This document shows positions 1 through 7,809 of a stretch of 32,000 bases of DNA, one piece after another. This DNA comes from an uncultured archaeon. GTDB lineage: Archaea > Iainarchaeota > Iainarchaeia > Iainarchaeales > JAAZKV01. The stretch is from contig CAZKBG010000001.1 in NCBI GenBank assembly GCA_964551375.1, forward strand, positions 180,001-212,000, written 5' to 3'. Made by a program: the position numbers and the translations under genes. Position 1 is the stretch's first letter. The number at the start of each line of letters is the position of its first letter. The notes beneath the pieces were generated by a model. That model was not told the origin of the DNA and searched no databases. It saw only the letters and a list, made by a program, of their open reading frames with translations.

Positions 1-320
1 ATAACTTCCTGTTCGCGCATCTCAACCGCTGGAATATTAACCGCAGTAACTAAATGCCCTTTAGCATAATCAGCTGAAGCGCGCAAGTCAACAACAAGCC
101 CGTCTACTTTTCCGTTTTTGTAGTCATAAACAAAATCGGCCGGGCTGATGCTCACTAATGATTCAGAAGTATAAAATTCTTCATAAATAGCAGCTTCGCT
201 TTTTGGAATAAAACTAATAACTGCCGCTGAGACAATTGCGCCAATAAATGCGCTTATTATAACGCAAATAATCAGCGTTTTGTAATCAAATTTCTTTGTT
301 TTATTTTCATTTTTGCTCAT
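1..320 (-). CDS. Membrane-anchored rhodanese-like domain protein, truncated by window edge
   Basis: Manual minus-strand translation from ATG at 320: MSKNENKTKKFDYKTLIICVIISAFIGAIVSAAVISFIPKSEAAIYEEFYTSESLVSISPADFVYDYKNGKVDGLVVDLRASADYAKGHLVTAVNIPAVEMREQEV. N-terminal TM plus rhodanese-type VVDLRxxxDYxxGHLxxAVNIP motif. Absent from the ORF track because it runs off the edge. Confidence 0.75.
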   Translation of the reverse strand, partial: MSKNENKTKKFDYKTLIICVIISAFIGAIVSAAVISFIPKSEAAIYEEFYTSESLVSISPADFVYDYKNGKVDGLVVDLRASADYAKGHLVTAVNIPAVEMREQEV

Positions 321-467
321 AAGAATCAATAAGCTTTTTGGGCAAATTGCCTTTTATGTCTTTCTTTCAATTTGGAAACCAGTGTTTTCGAATTTCGTAA
401 AGAAATTAATATTTTGGGATAGTGGGCATAGCTTTAAATTCAAGACAACATTAATTTTATTTTTGAT

Positions 468-1757
468 ATGTTAATCACACAGCAGGCGAATGAGCTAAAT
501 AATATAATTAGTGGGTGTAATAAAACTGTTTTTGAGTTGCTTTCAAAAAAAGGAAAAGCAGCTTACTATCCAAAAGAAGGAATCTTAGCCCAATCAGCCG
601 CTGCAAAAGGGAAAAAAATTAATGCCACAATCGGGGTTGCAATTGAAGATGACGGCTCTCCGATGAGGCTTCCTGCAATTGCCGACAAAATTCTAATTGA
701 TCCAAAAGATGTTTTCTTATACGCTCCAAGCGAGGGGAAAAAACCATTAAGGGATGCTTGGAAGAGCGCAATGTTTGAAAAAAATCCTTCATTAAAAGAG
801 CCAATCAGCCTTCCAGTGGTAACTCATGCGCTAACCCATGGAGCAAGCATTGTCGGGCATTTGTTTTTGGATGAAAATGATTCAATTATTACGCCTGATT
901 TGTATTGGGGGAATTACAAACTAATTTTCACTAACGGATATGGAGCAAAAATTGAAACTTTTAACACTTTTCTTAATGGAAAATTTGACGTAAAAGCAAT
1001 GCAGGAAAAAATAATTGGAGGGGGAAAGAAAATTCTGCTTTTAAATTTCCCAAACAATCCAAGCGGATACACTCCAACAAAAACCGAAGCAAATGAAATA
1101 ATTAACACAATTAAAACCGCCGCTGAATCAGGAAGCAAAATAGCAGTAATTGTTGATGACGCTTATTTTGGATTATTTTTTGAAAATGATATTGAAAAAG
1201 AATCTCTCTTTTCAAGACTTGCGAATTTGCATGAGAATGTTCTTGCAATAAAGCTTGACGGGGCTACAAAAGAGCATTACGCGTGGGGATTAAGGGTTGG
1301 ATTTATCACTTACGGCTTCAAAGGCGCAACAAAAGAAGCTTACACCGCGCTTGAAGAAAAAACTTCAGGAGCAATAAGGGGAAGCATTTCAAACGCATCA
1401 AATTTATCAGAAAGCCTTGTGCTCTTGGCATTGACTTCTCAAACGCACAATTCTGAAAAGGAGCAGAAATTTAATATTTTAAAAGAAAGATACCAAAAAA
1501 TGAAAGAATTAATGAAACTGGAAAAATACAAGCCTGTTTTTGAATCTCTGCCTTTTAATTCAGGGTACTTTATGTGCATAAAGCCAAAGAATGCAAAAGC
1601 CGAAAACGTGCGCCTAAAATTACTGGAAAAATATGATACCGGAGTGATATCCACAAACGGACTGCTTAGAATTTCATTCTCAAGCGTTCCTGTGAAAAAC
1701 CTGCAAGAGCTTGTTGAAAATATTTATTTTGCTTGCTTGGAGTGTGAAAATAAATGA
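468..1757 (+). CDS. Class I/II PLP-dependent aminotransferase (aspartate/aromatic-like)
   Basis: Full-length 429-aa ORF; NFPNNPSGYTPT, DDAYFGLFF, KLDGATKEHYAWGLRVGF (PLP lysine region) and RGSISNASN motifs. Confidence 0.85.
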   Translation: MLITQQANELNNIISGCNKTVFELLSKKGKAAYYPKEGILAQSAAAKGKKINATIGVAIEDDGSPMRLPAIADKILIDPKDVFLYAPSEGKKPLRDAWKSAMFEKNPSLKEPISLPVVTHALTHGASIVGHLFLDENDSIITPDLYWGNYKLIFTNGYGAKIETFNTFLNGKFDVKAMQEKIIGGGKKILLLNFPNNPSGYTPTKTEANEIINTIKTAAESGSKIAVIVDDAYFGLFFENDIEKESLFSRLANLHENVLAIKLDGATKEHYAWGLRVGFITYGFKGATKEAYTALEEKTSGAIRGSISNASNLSESLVLLALTSQTHNSEKEQKFNILKERYQKMKELMKLEKYKPVFESLPFNSGYFMCIKPKNAKAENVRLKLLEKYDTGVISTNGLLRISFSSVPVKNLQELVENIYFACLECENK

Positions 1758-3661
1758 ATTATAAGGAGCTTTTGGATAAAAAAAGCGCTGAAAAACTTAG
1801 CGCGCTAAAAAATGAAAATGTGGAAAAAATAATTGCAAAATACGCGGAACTTTGCAAGCCAAAAGCAATTTATGTATTTGATGATTCAATAGAAGACAGC
1901 AAAATCATAAGAAAAATGGCGATAGAAAGAAAGGAAGAAACTGCTCTTGCAATGAATAATCACACTGTTCATTATGACGGCTACTTTGACCAGGGAAGAG
2001 ACTCGGCTAATACTAAAATTCTTCTAAAAAAAGGAACTCAAATAAGCAAAAAACTTAACACCGGCGACAGAGACGAATGCTTAACTGAAGTTTATTCAAT
2101 TCTTGACGGAATAATGAAAGGCAAAGAATTATTTGTGAAATTTTACTGCCTTGGCCCGCAGAGATCAAAATTCTCGCTTTGCGCAATGCAATTATCTGAT
2201 TCAGCATATGTGCTTCACAGCGAGGATATACTATACAGACAGGGGTATAATGAATTCAAACTGCTTAACGGAGGAAATAATTTCTTTTACTTTGTTCATT
2301 CAGCAGGGGAATTAACAAGCGCGGGCGTATCAAAAAATCTTGACAAAAGAAGAATCTATATAGACCTTGAAGGAAACAGAGTATATACAGTGAATAATCA
2401 ATACGCGGGAAACAGCGTGGGATTAAAGAAACTTGCATTAAGGCTTGCTATAAAAAAATCAAATGATGAAGACTGGCTTTGCGAACACATGTTTGTAATG
2501 GGAGCGCACAGGCCTGGAAAAGAAAGAACAACTTACTTTACTGGAGCATTCCCAAGCGCGTGCGGAAAAACCTCAACCGCAATGATTCCAGGACAGACCA
2601 TTATTGGTGACGATATTGCATATATTAGAATTGGAAATGACGGGCAAGCATACGCTGTTAATGTAGAACAGGGAATTTTTGGAATAATAGAAGATGTTAA
2701 TTCAACAGATGACCCTTTGATTTATCAGACGCTAACTTCGCCAAGAGAATTGATATTTTCAAATGTTTTAACAAACAAAGGCAAGCCGTACTGGCTTGGA
2801 ATGAAAAGCGAAACTCCAAAAGAAGGATACAATCACTCTGGCGAATGGACGCTTGGGAAAAAAGACAAGGATGGAAAAGATATTCCTATTGCTCATAAAA
2901 ATGCAAGATACACTATGCGAATTAAGGAGCTTCCAAATGCGGATCCCCACATGGATGACCCAAACGGAGTTCCAATTTCGGGCGTAATTTATGGAGGAAG
3001 AGATTCAGACACATCTCCTCCAGTTCTTGAATCATTCAGCTGGGCGCACGGCGTATTTATCGGAGCAGCAATAGAATCAGAAACTACTGCTGCAAAAGTT
3101 GGGGGAGTTTTAGGAACAAGAACCCACGACCCAATGGCAAATTTGGACTTTTTAGTAGTTCCACTTGGAACTTACATCAAGAACCATTATAAATTTGGAG
3201 AAAATCTTTCACGCCCTCCAAAAGTATTTACTACAAATTACTTCCTAAAAGAAAATGACAAATATTTGACTAACAAAATCGACAAAAAAGTGTGGCTTTA
3301 CTGGATGGAAGGAAGAATTCACGGCGATTATAAAGCAATTCCAACTCCAATAGGCTTATTGCCTTACTATGAAGATATAAAAGAAATTTATGCAGAAGTA
3401 TTCTCAAAAAACTTTACAAAGGAAGAATATGAACGATTGTTTTCAATAAGAGTGCATAAATTAATTGAAAGGCTTGAAAGGATAAAAACAATTTACGAAC
3501 AGGAGCTTGATATTCCCCAGGCATTTAAGCACCAGCTTGAACAGCAGAGGCACAGGCTTGAAGAGTCAAAGAAATGGTACAAAAAAGATGTTATCTCGCC
3601 GTTTGATTTCGTGTGCAATGATTTGGAAAAACCACCCGAAGGAAAATATTTAGCTCGTTGA
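1754..3661 (+). CDS. pckG: Phosphoenolpyruvate carboxykinase, GTP type
   Basis: 635 aa; P-loop region FPSACGKTSTAM, GDDIAYIRIGNDG, ISGVIYGGRDSDTSPPV, FRVNYFLK-like FTTNYFLKENDKYLTNK. 4-nt ATGA overlap with the aminotransferase. Confidence 0.93.
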   Translation: MNYKELLDKKSAEKLSALKNENVEKIIAKYAELCKPKAIYVFDDSIEDSKIIRKMAIERKEETALAMNNHTVHYDGYFDQGRDSANTKILLKKGTQISKKLNTGDRDECLTEVYSILDGIMKGKELFVKFYCLGPQRSKFSLCAMQLSDSAYVLHSEDILYRQGYNEFKLLNGGNNFFYFVHSAGELTSAGVSKNLDKRRIYIDLEGNRVYTVNNQYAGNSVGLKKLALRLAIKKSNDEDWLCEHMFVMGAHRPGKERTTYFTGAFPSACGKTSTAMIPGQTIIGDDIAYIRIGNDGQAYAVNVEQGIFGIIEDVNSTDDPLIYQTLTSPRELIFSNVLTNKGKPYWLGMKSETPKEGYNHSGEWTLGKKDKDGKDIPIAHKNARYTMRIKELPNADPHMDDPNGVPISGVIYGGRDSDTSPPVLESFSWAHGVFIGAAIESETTAAKVGGVLGTRTHDPMANLDFLVVPLGTYIKNHYKFGENLSRPPKVFTTNYFLKENDKYLTNKIDKKVWLYWMEGRIHGDYKAIPTPIGLLPYYEDIKEIYAEVFSKNFTKEEYERLFSIRVHKLIERLERIKTIYEQELDIPQAFKHQLEQQRHRLEESKKWYKKDVISPFDFVCNDLEKPPEGKYLAR

Positions 3662-3706
3662 GTGTGATTTGAATACAATTTTAAACCCCTAAATCTAAAT
3701 ATAATT

Positions 3707-4258
3707 GTGAATAAATTAAAACAAATTGCCTTTATCGCATTAGCAATTGCCATTTTTGCGGTTCTTTTCGGATGCATCACAATTAATCCAGCAGATCTTA
3801 ACACAACAGCGCAGTCCCAAAATAATTCTTCTAATGGAACTACAAACTCAAATTCAAGCTCAACTGCAAATTCAAATTTAGGAAGCAGTTCAGGAAATTT
3901 ATCAGGAGCATCTCTATTAAATTTAAGCGCAAGCGAAGTTGCAAAACACCATTCATCAAATGATTGCTGGATGATAATTGAAGGAAAAGTTTATGACTTA
4001 TCAGCTTATGTAGGGCATCCGGGAGGAAATATTTATGTTCAATACTGCGGAATTGACGGGACAACTGCTTACAATACGCTTGGCGGAAGAGGAAGAGACC
4101 ATTCAGCGGTCGCTGATTCTCAATTAGCTGGATTTTTAATAGGGGCATTTGGGCAGGATGTTAATATTTCGCAGGCAGTTGCCGAAGTAAGTCAAAATAA
4201 TGCAAATCAAATAACTTATCCTGGAATAGAAAGAGACGAAGAATTTGAAGATGACTAA
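3707..4258 (+). CDS. Putative lipoprotein with cytochrome b5-like heme-binding domain
   Basis: GTG start; signal peptide with lipobox-like LFGC, Asn/Ser/Thr-rich linker, then SASEVAKHHSSNDCWMIIEGKVYDLSAYVGHPGGN...GRDHSAVADSQLAGFLIG, including HPGG and the second His-Ser motif. Confidence 0.88.
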   Translation: MNKLKQIAFIALAIAIFAVLFGCITINPADLNTTAQSQNNSSNGTTNSNSSSTANSNLGSSSGNLSGASLLNLSASEVAKHHSSNDCWMIIEGKVYDLSAYVGHPGGNIYVQYCGIDGTTAYNTLGGRGRDHSAVADSQLAGFLIGAFGQDVNISQAVAEVSQNNANQITYPGIERDEEFEDD

Positions 4259-4284
4259 GTTTTGAAAATGAGTAGGTGAACTAA

Positions 4285-4905
4285 ATGGATATTGTAAAAA
4301 AGATGTGGATTACTCTTGCAGTTTTGATGATTCTTTTTGAGCTTTATTATTCCTTATTTCCTATTCCTGCCTCGACTGAAGCAATAAGATTTTTTGCAGT
4401 AAGCGGATTTCTTCTTTTGTGCGTTTCGCTTATTATAGGCCCTCTTGTGACATTTTTCCCAAAGAAATTTGCCCCGCTTCTTAAAGAAAGAAGAGCAGTG
4501 GGAGTAATTGCATTTATTTTAATTTTAGCACACTTTGCGCTTGTTTTTGCATTGGCTTATAACTACAATCTGGTATTTTTATTTTCGATTTTCTCAATTG
4601 TAATTGCAGTTCCTGCAATGATAATTTTATTCCTGCTGGCATGCACTTCATTTGACAAAGCAATTCGAAAAATGGGATTTTCAAAATGGAAACTGCTGCA
4701 AAGGTTCAACTATATCGCATTTATACTTTCATTTGTTCACTTTGTGCTGAATTTAAACGGATACTTTGTTCTTCTCCCTTCGGGGCTTGTGTTTGTAAAT
4801 ATTGCGGAAGTGCTGCTAATAATTCTGGGAGTTATAACAATAATCCTTCAAATAGCGGGGTTTTTCAAAAAAAGACAGCAAATCAATCAGTCAAAATCAA
4901 ATTAG
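4285..4905 (+). CDS. Ferric-reductase-like / YedZ-MsrQ-like heme transmembrane protein
   Basis: 206 aa, about 6 TM; VSGFLLLCVSLIIGPLVTFFP, LLKERRAVGVIAFILILAHF, LLACTSFDKAIRKMGFSKWKLLQRFNYIAFILSFVHF match the family layout. Confidence 0.7.
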   Translation: MDIVKKMWITLAVLMILFELYYSLFPIPASTEAIRFFAVSGFLLLCVSLIIGPLVTFFPKKFAPLLKERRAVGVIAFILILAHFALVFALAYNYNLVFLFSIFSIVIAVPAMIILFLLACTSFDKAIRKMGFSKWKLLQRFNYIAFILSFVHFVLNLNGYFVLLPSGLVFVNIAEVLLIILGVITIILQIAGFFKKRQQINQSKSN

Positions 4906-4995
4906 TAATATCCTCAAAATAACCCTTTTTAACACTTTTTTTTGGCTAAAATCTGGTTTATAATCCCTTATTTTTGTTTATTATTTGGTAATTAT

Positions 4996-5283
4996 ATGGT
5001 TGGACCGCAGAGAAAGCAAAGAAAGCCAAAAGTAGTTCATCAAAGCGGAACCGCATACAAAATGCATTTTGAGGAAAAAAACAGGGAAGAATTTAAAACA
5101 ATTTCAAAAATTGTTCCAGGAACAGGCACAAGAAAAAAGCCCTTATTGCTTGAAGGAAAATCCGTAGTAAATCAAACAGAGGATTCATTTATAAAAAAAA
5201 CAAATAAAAGAATCGGGATTGATTTGGAAAACTCTGAAAAGAACTCCGAAAAGAAAGCCGACTCCGAAAAGAAAAACGAGTGA
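4996..5283 (+). CDS. Small basic hypothetical protein with low-complexity Glu/Lys/Ser tail
   Basis: ORF track gives 4942..5283; start revised to the in-frame ATG at 4996 (MVGPQRKQRKPKVV) because the upstream residues look like translated leader. Tail reads SEKNSEKKADSEKKNE. Confidence 0.5.
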   Translation: MVGPQRKQRKPKVVHQSGTAYKMHFEEKNREEFKTISKIVPGTGTRKKPLLLEGKSVVNQTEDSFIKKTNKRIGIDLENSEKNSEKKADSEKKNE

Positions 5284-5341
5284 TTATTTTTAAAAAAAAT
5301 TGTCTTTAACAAAATTATTTTTAATAAACTGGTGAACAAAA

Positions 5342-5881
5342 ATGGCAAAAATTAATGTGAAAGGATTTGAGTTTGACTTGGTTTTGGCGACTAATTCATT
5401 TGACAGAAGAGCGCTTCAATACAAGAACAAAATAGTAACCTCGCTTGAAAAACTTGGAATAACAAGGGATGATATTGAATTTGAATATGAAGGGCCTGCT
5501 GTAAAATCTGCAAAAGCCGAAGTCGCATGGTACGGCGGGGGGCATTACATGCACTATGACAACAATTCCCAGACAAAATATGTTGATAATTTATACGTTG
5601 TCTATAAAGTAATAGAACGCGAAGTCGAGCTTGTCGTTTCTGAAAAAAAGCCCGTTAACGAATTCATTGATGAGTTCAAGCATGATGAAGAGCTTGTTGA
5701 AAAGAGAAAAGCTGCAAGGGAATTCTTCGGTTTATCCCCTACTGAAAGGGATATGGATTTGATTACTAAAAAATACAAGGAAATGGCTAAAGAACTTCAC
5801 CCTGATATGCCCACAGGAGATACTGAAAAGTTCAAGCAATTAAACAACGCGCATAAAGTGTTAAAGAAAGAATTAATGTGA
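5342..5881 (+). CDS. J-domain (DnaJ-like) protein with a distinct N-terminal domain
   Basis: C-terminal half AREFFGLSPTERDMDLITKKYKEMAKELHPDMPTGDTEKFKQLNNAHKVLKKEL has HPD and helices II-III of a J domain; N-terminal ~115 aa is a separate domain (AEVAWYGGGHYMHYDNNSQTKYVDNLYVVYKVIEREV). Confidence 0.8.
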   Translation: MAKINVKGFEFDLVLATNSFDRRALQYKNKIVTSLEKLGITRDDIEFEYEGPAVKSAKAEVAWYGGGHYMHYDNNSQTKYVDNLYVVYKVIEREVELVVSEKKPVNEFIDEFKHDEELVEKRKAAREFFGLSPTERDMDLITKKYKEMAKELHPDMPTGDTEKFKQLNNAHKVLKKELM

Positions 5882-5910
5882 ATAGAAATTATTTTAATTT
5901 AGCCTGCGAG

Positions 5911-7809
5911 TTATTTTGTTTTTTCTTTGACAAGCTCTTTTAGAAGCTTTTTGAGGCTTATTGTCGCGGCATTAATTACTCTGTCAGCTCCGCCGTAATA
6001 GATTGTCAATTCATCATCTCTTAGCGTGCTTCCGCAAGGGAAAACAACATTATGAACAATTCCGTTTAACTCGTCTTGCGTTTCAGGCTCAAGAATGTAA
6101 TAACTCAATCTTGAAATAACTTTAGTCGGGTCGTTTAAGTCAAGAAGAGCCGCTCCCACTCTATAGACAAAATCATGGCTTGAAATTCCGTGATAAATTA
6201 AAAGCCATCCCTTATCGGTTTTAATAGGAGGGCATGAAGCGCCTATTTTCTTATCATCCCATGCGTTTTCTCGCGGAAGCATTAAAACATTTAAGTCAAG
6301 CTTTTTGTTTTTGAACAAAAGATCCTTTTCTTTTGAAATGCAAATCGAGTTATTCACGCGGTGAATAATATAATAATGCCCGTTAATGTGCTCTGGAAAA
6401 ATGCATGCATCCTTATCATCAACGCCTTCTGGAGAAATTACCACAGGATAAGTCCACTTCCAATACTTATTCACAAAATCTTTTGCCCGAATTGAAGTAA
6501 TTGCAACTCTTGGAAGCTTTCCATCATAAGCTGTGTAAAGCATGTAAATTGTTCTTGTGCTTCCAATTTGAACAAGCCTTGGGTCTTCGCAGCCCATTTC
6601 CTCAAATTTAGCGCGCGGAACATAAACAGGTTCTTTTAATTTTTCTACGGTAAAATCATCCCTAACCTGCGCATATCCAAGCACTGATTTATCAGTATCA
6701 GAAAGCGCCCTGTAAATTAAATGCGTTTTTCCGTCAATTAATAATGAAGCAGGGTTAAAGGTAGCTTTTTTTTCCCATGGATTATTTGGATTTGGCGTAA
6801 TAAGAGGGTTTTGTTTTATCCGCTTAAACTGCGCAAATCCTGGGCGAAGAATTGCGTCAAGAAGGTCATTGAGCTTGCATGTCGCAAGGCAGGAAGTGGT
6901 GTCTGCTGCGCCGTAGTAAACATAAAGTTTATCGCCCTTAACCATTGCCCCCGAAGGAAAAACAATATTTGGCACTTGCCCATAAAGCTCATACTCTTTT
7001 TTTGGAACCAAGAGAGGAAATTTAGTATATCCAAGAACTTTTTGCGGGTCATCTAAATCAAGCAATGCGGCTTCAACCCTAAATTCTTTTGAGTTGGAAA
7101 AATATCCTTTAATATAAGAATAAAAAATAAGCCATCCTTTGTCAGTTCTAATCGGCTGGGAGCCAAGCTCCACCTGATCATCAGGGCTTCTTTGAAGGGG
7201 AAGAACAAAATCATTAACAGAGAAAAAATAATTGTTCCAAAAAGTATCCGACCAAATCTGGCTCTCTTTGTCAAAATAAGCAATGCAGATTTTTGCAGGA
7301 GGGGCATCAGTGTTTATTGTAACAAGCGCCGCCATTTTTCCGTTAACTTTATCAGAAAAAAGCGCCATTGCTTTTGAATTAAAAGTAGTCACTGGGTGTT
7401 TTTCAAATTTCTTAAAATCTTGCGTTACCGCAACCCCCACTTTTATGCCCTGCGCTGAAAAAGGATATGTTGAAAGCGCTGTGTAAAAAATATAGTATTT
7501 ATCATTAAATTTTGTAATCCTTGGATCTTCACAGCCGTATTTCTCCCAGTCAAATTCAGGAGCAATTATTTGGCGGTGGGTTGCAAAATGAACTCCATCA
7601 ATGCTTTCGCTTAATCCAATGGTTGAAACAGTGGAAGGATAATTTTGAAGAATTCGCGAGCGCCCAATTGCTCTGTAAACCAAATTAATCCTGTCTTCAA
7701 AAACCGCAGGGCATGCGTTAAAAGTGGCTTCGCTTTCCCACTCAACATCAGGGTCAGGCATTATTAACGGATTACGCGGGGAACGCTCAAGCATTATCAT
7801 AAAAATCAC
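5911..7809 (-). CDS. Tandem two-module GH130-family glycosidase/phosphorylase-like protein
   Basis: 632 aa containing two ~310-aa GH130-like units. Unit 1 (about 6850-7809): ATFNACPAVFEDRINLVYRA...GCEDPRITKFNDKYYIFYTAL...YYGAAD. Unit 2 (about 5911-6830): ATFNPASLLIDGKTHLIYRA...GCEDPRLVQIG...YMLYTAYDG...CIFPEHINGHYYIIHR...GWLLIYHGIS...YYGGAD. GTG start at 7809 overlaps upstream TGA. Confidence 0.88.
   Translation of the reverse strand: MIFMIMLERSPRNPLIMPDPDVEWESEATFNACPAVFEDRINLVYRAIGRSRILQNYPSTVSTIGLSESIDGVHFATHRQIIAPEFDWEKYGCEDPRITKFNDKYYIFYTALSTYPFSAQGIKVGVAVTQDFKKFEKHPVTTFNSKAMALFSDKVNGKMAALVTINTDAPPAKICIAYFDKESQIWSDTFWNNYFFSVNDFVLPLQRSPDDQVELGSQPIRTDKGWLIFYSYIKGYFSNSKEFRVEAALLDLDDPQKVLGYTKFPLLVPKKEYELYGQVPNIVFPSGAMVKGDKLYVYYGAADTTSCLATCKLNDLLDAILRPGFAQFKRIKQNPLITPNPNNPWEKKATFNPASLLIDGKTHLIYRALSDTDKSVLGYAQVRDDFTVEKLKEPVYVPRAKFEEMGCEDPRLVQIGSTRTIYMLYTAYDGKLPRVAITSIRAKDFVNKYWKWTYPVVISPEGVDDKDACIFPEHINGHYYIIHRVNNSICISKEKDLLFKNKKLDLNVLMLPRENAWDDKKIGASCPPIKTDKGWLLIYHGISSHDFVYRVGAALLDLNDPTKVISRLSYYILEPETQDELNGIVHNVVFPCGSTLRDDELTIYYGGADRVINAATISLKKLLKELVKEKTK

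Noticed and set aside
5239-5283. Short direct repeats (CTCCGAAAAGAAA-like) considered as a tandem repeat or CRISPR-like element
   Set aside because: They encode the SEKK repeats of a low-complexity C-terminal tail; too short and lack spacers.
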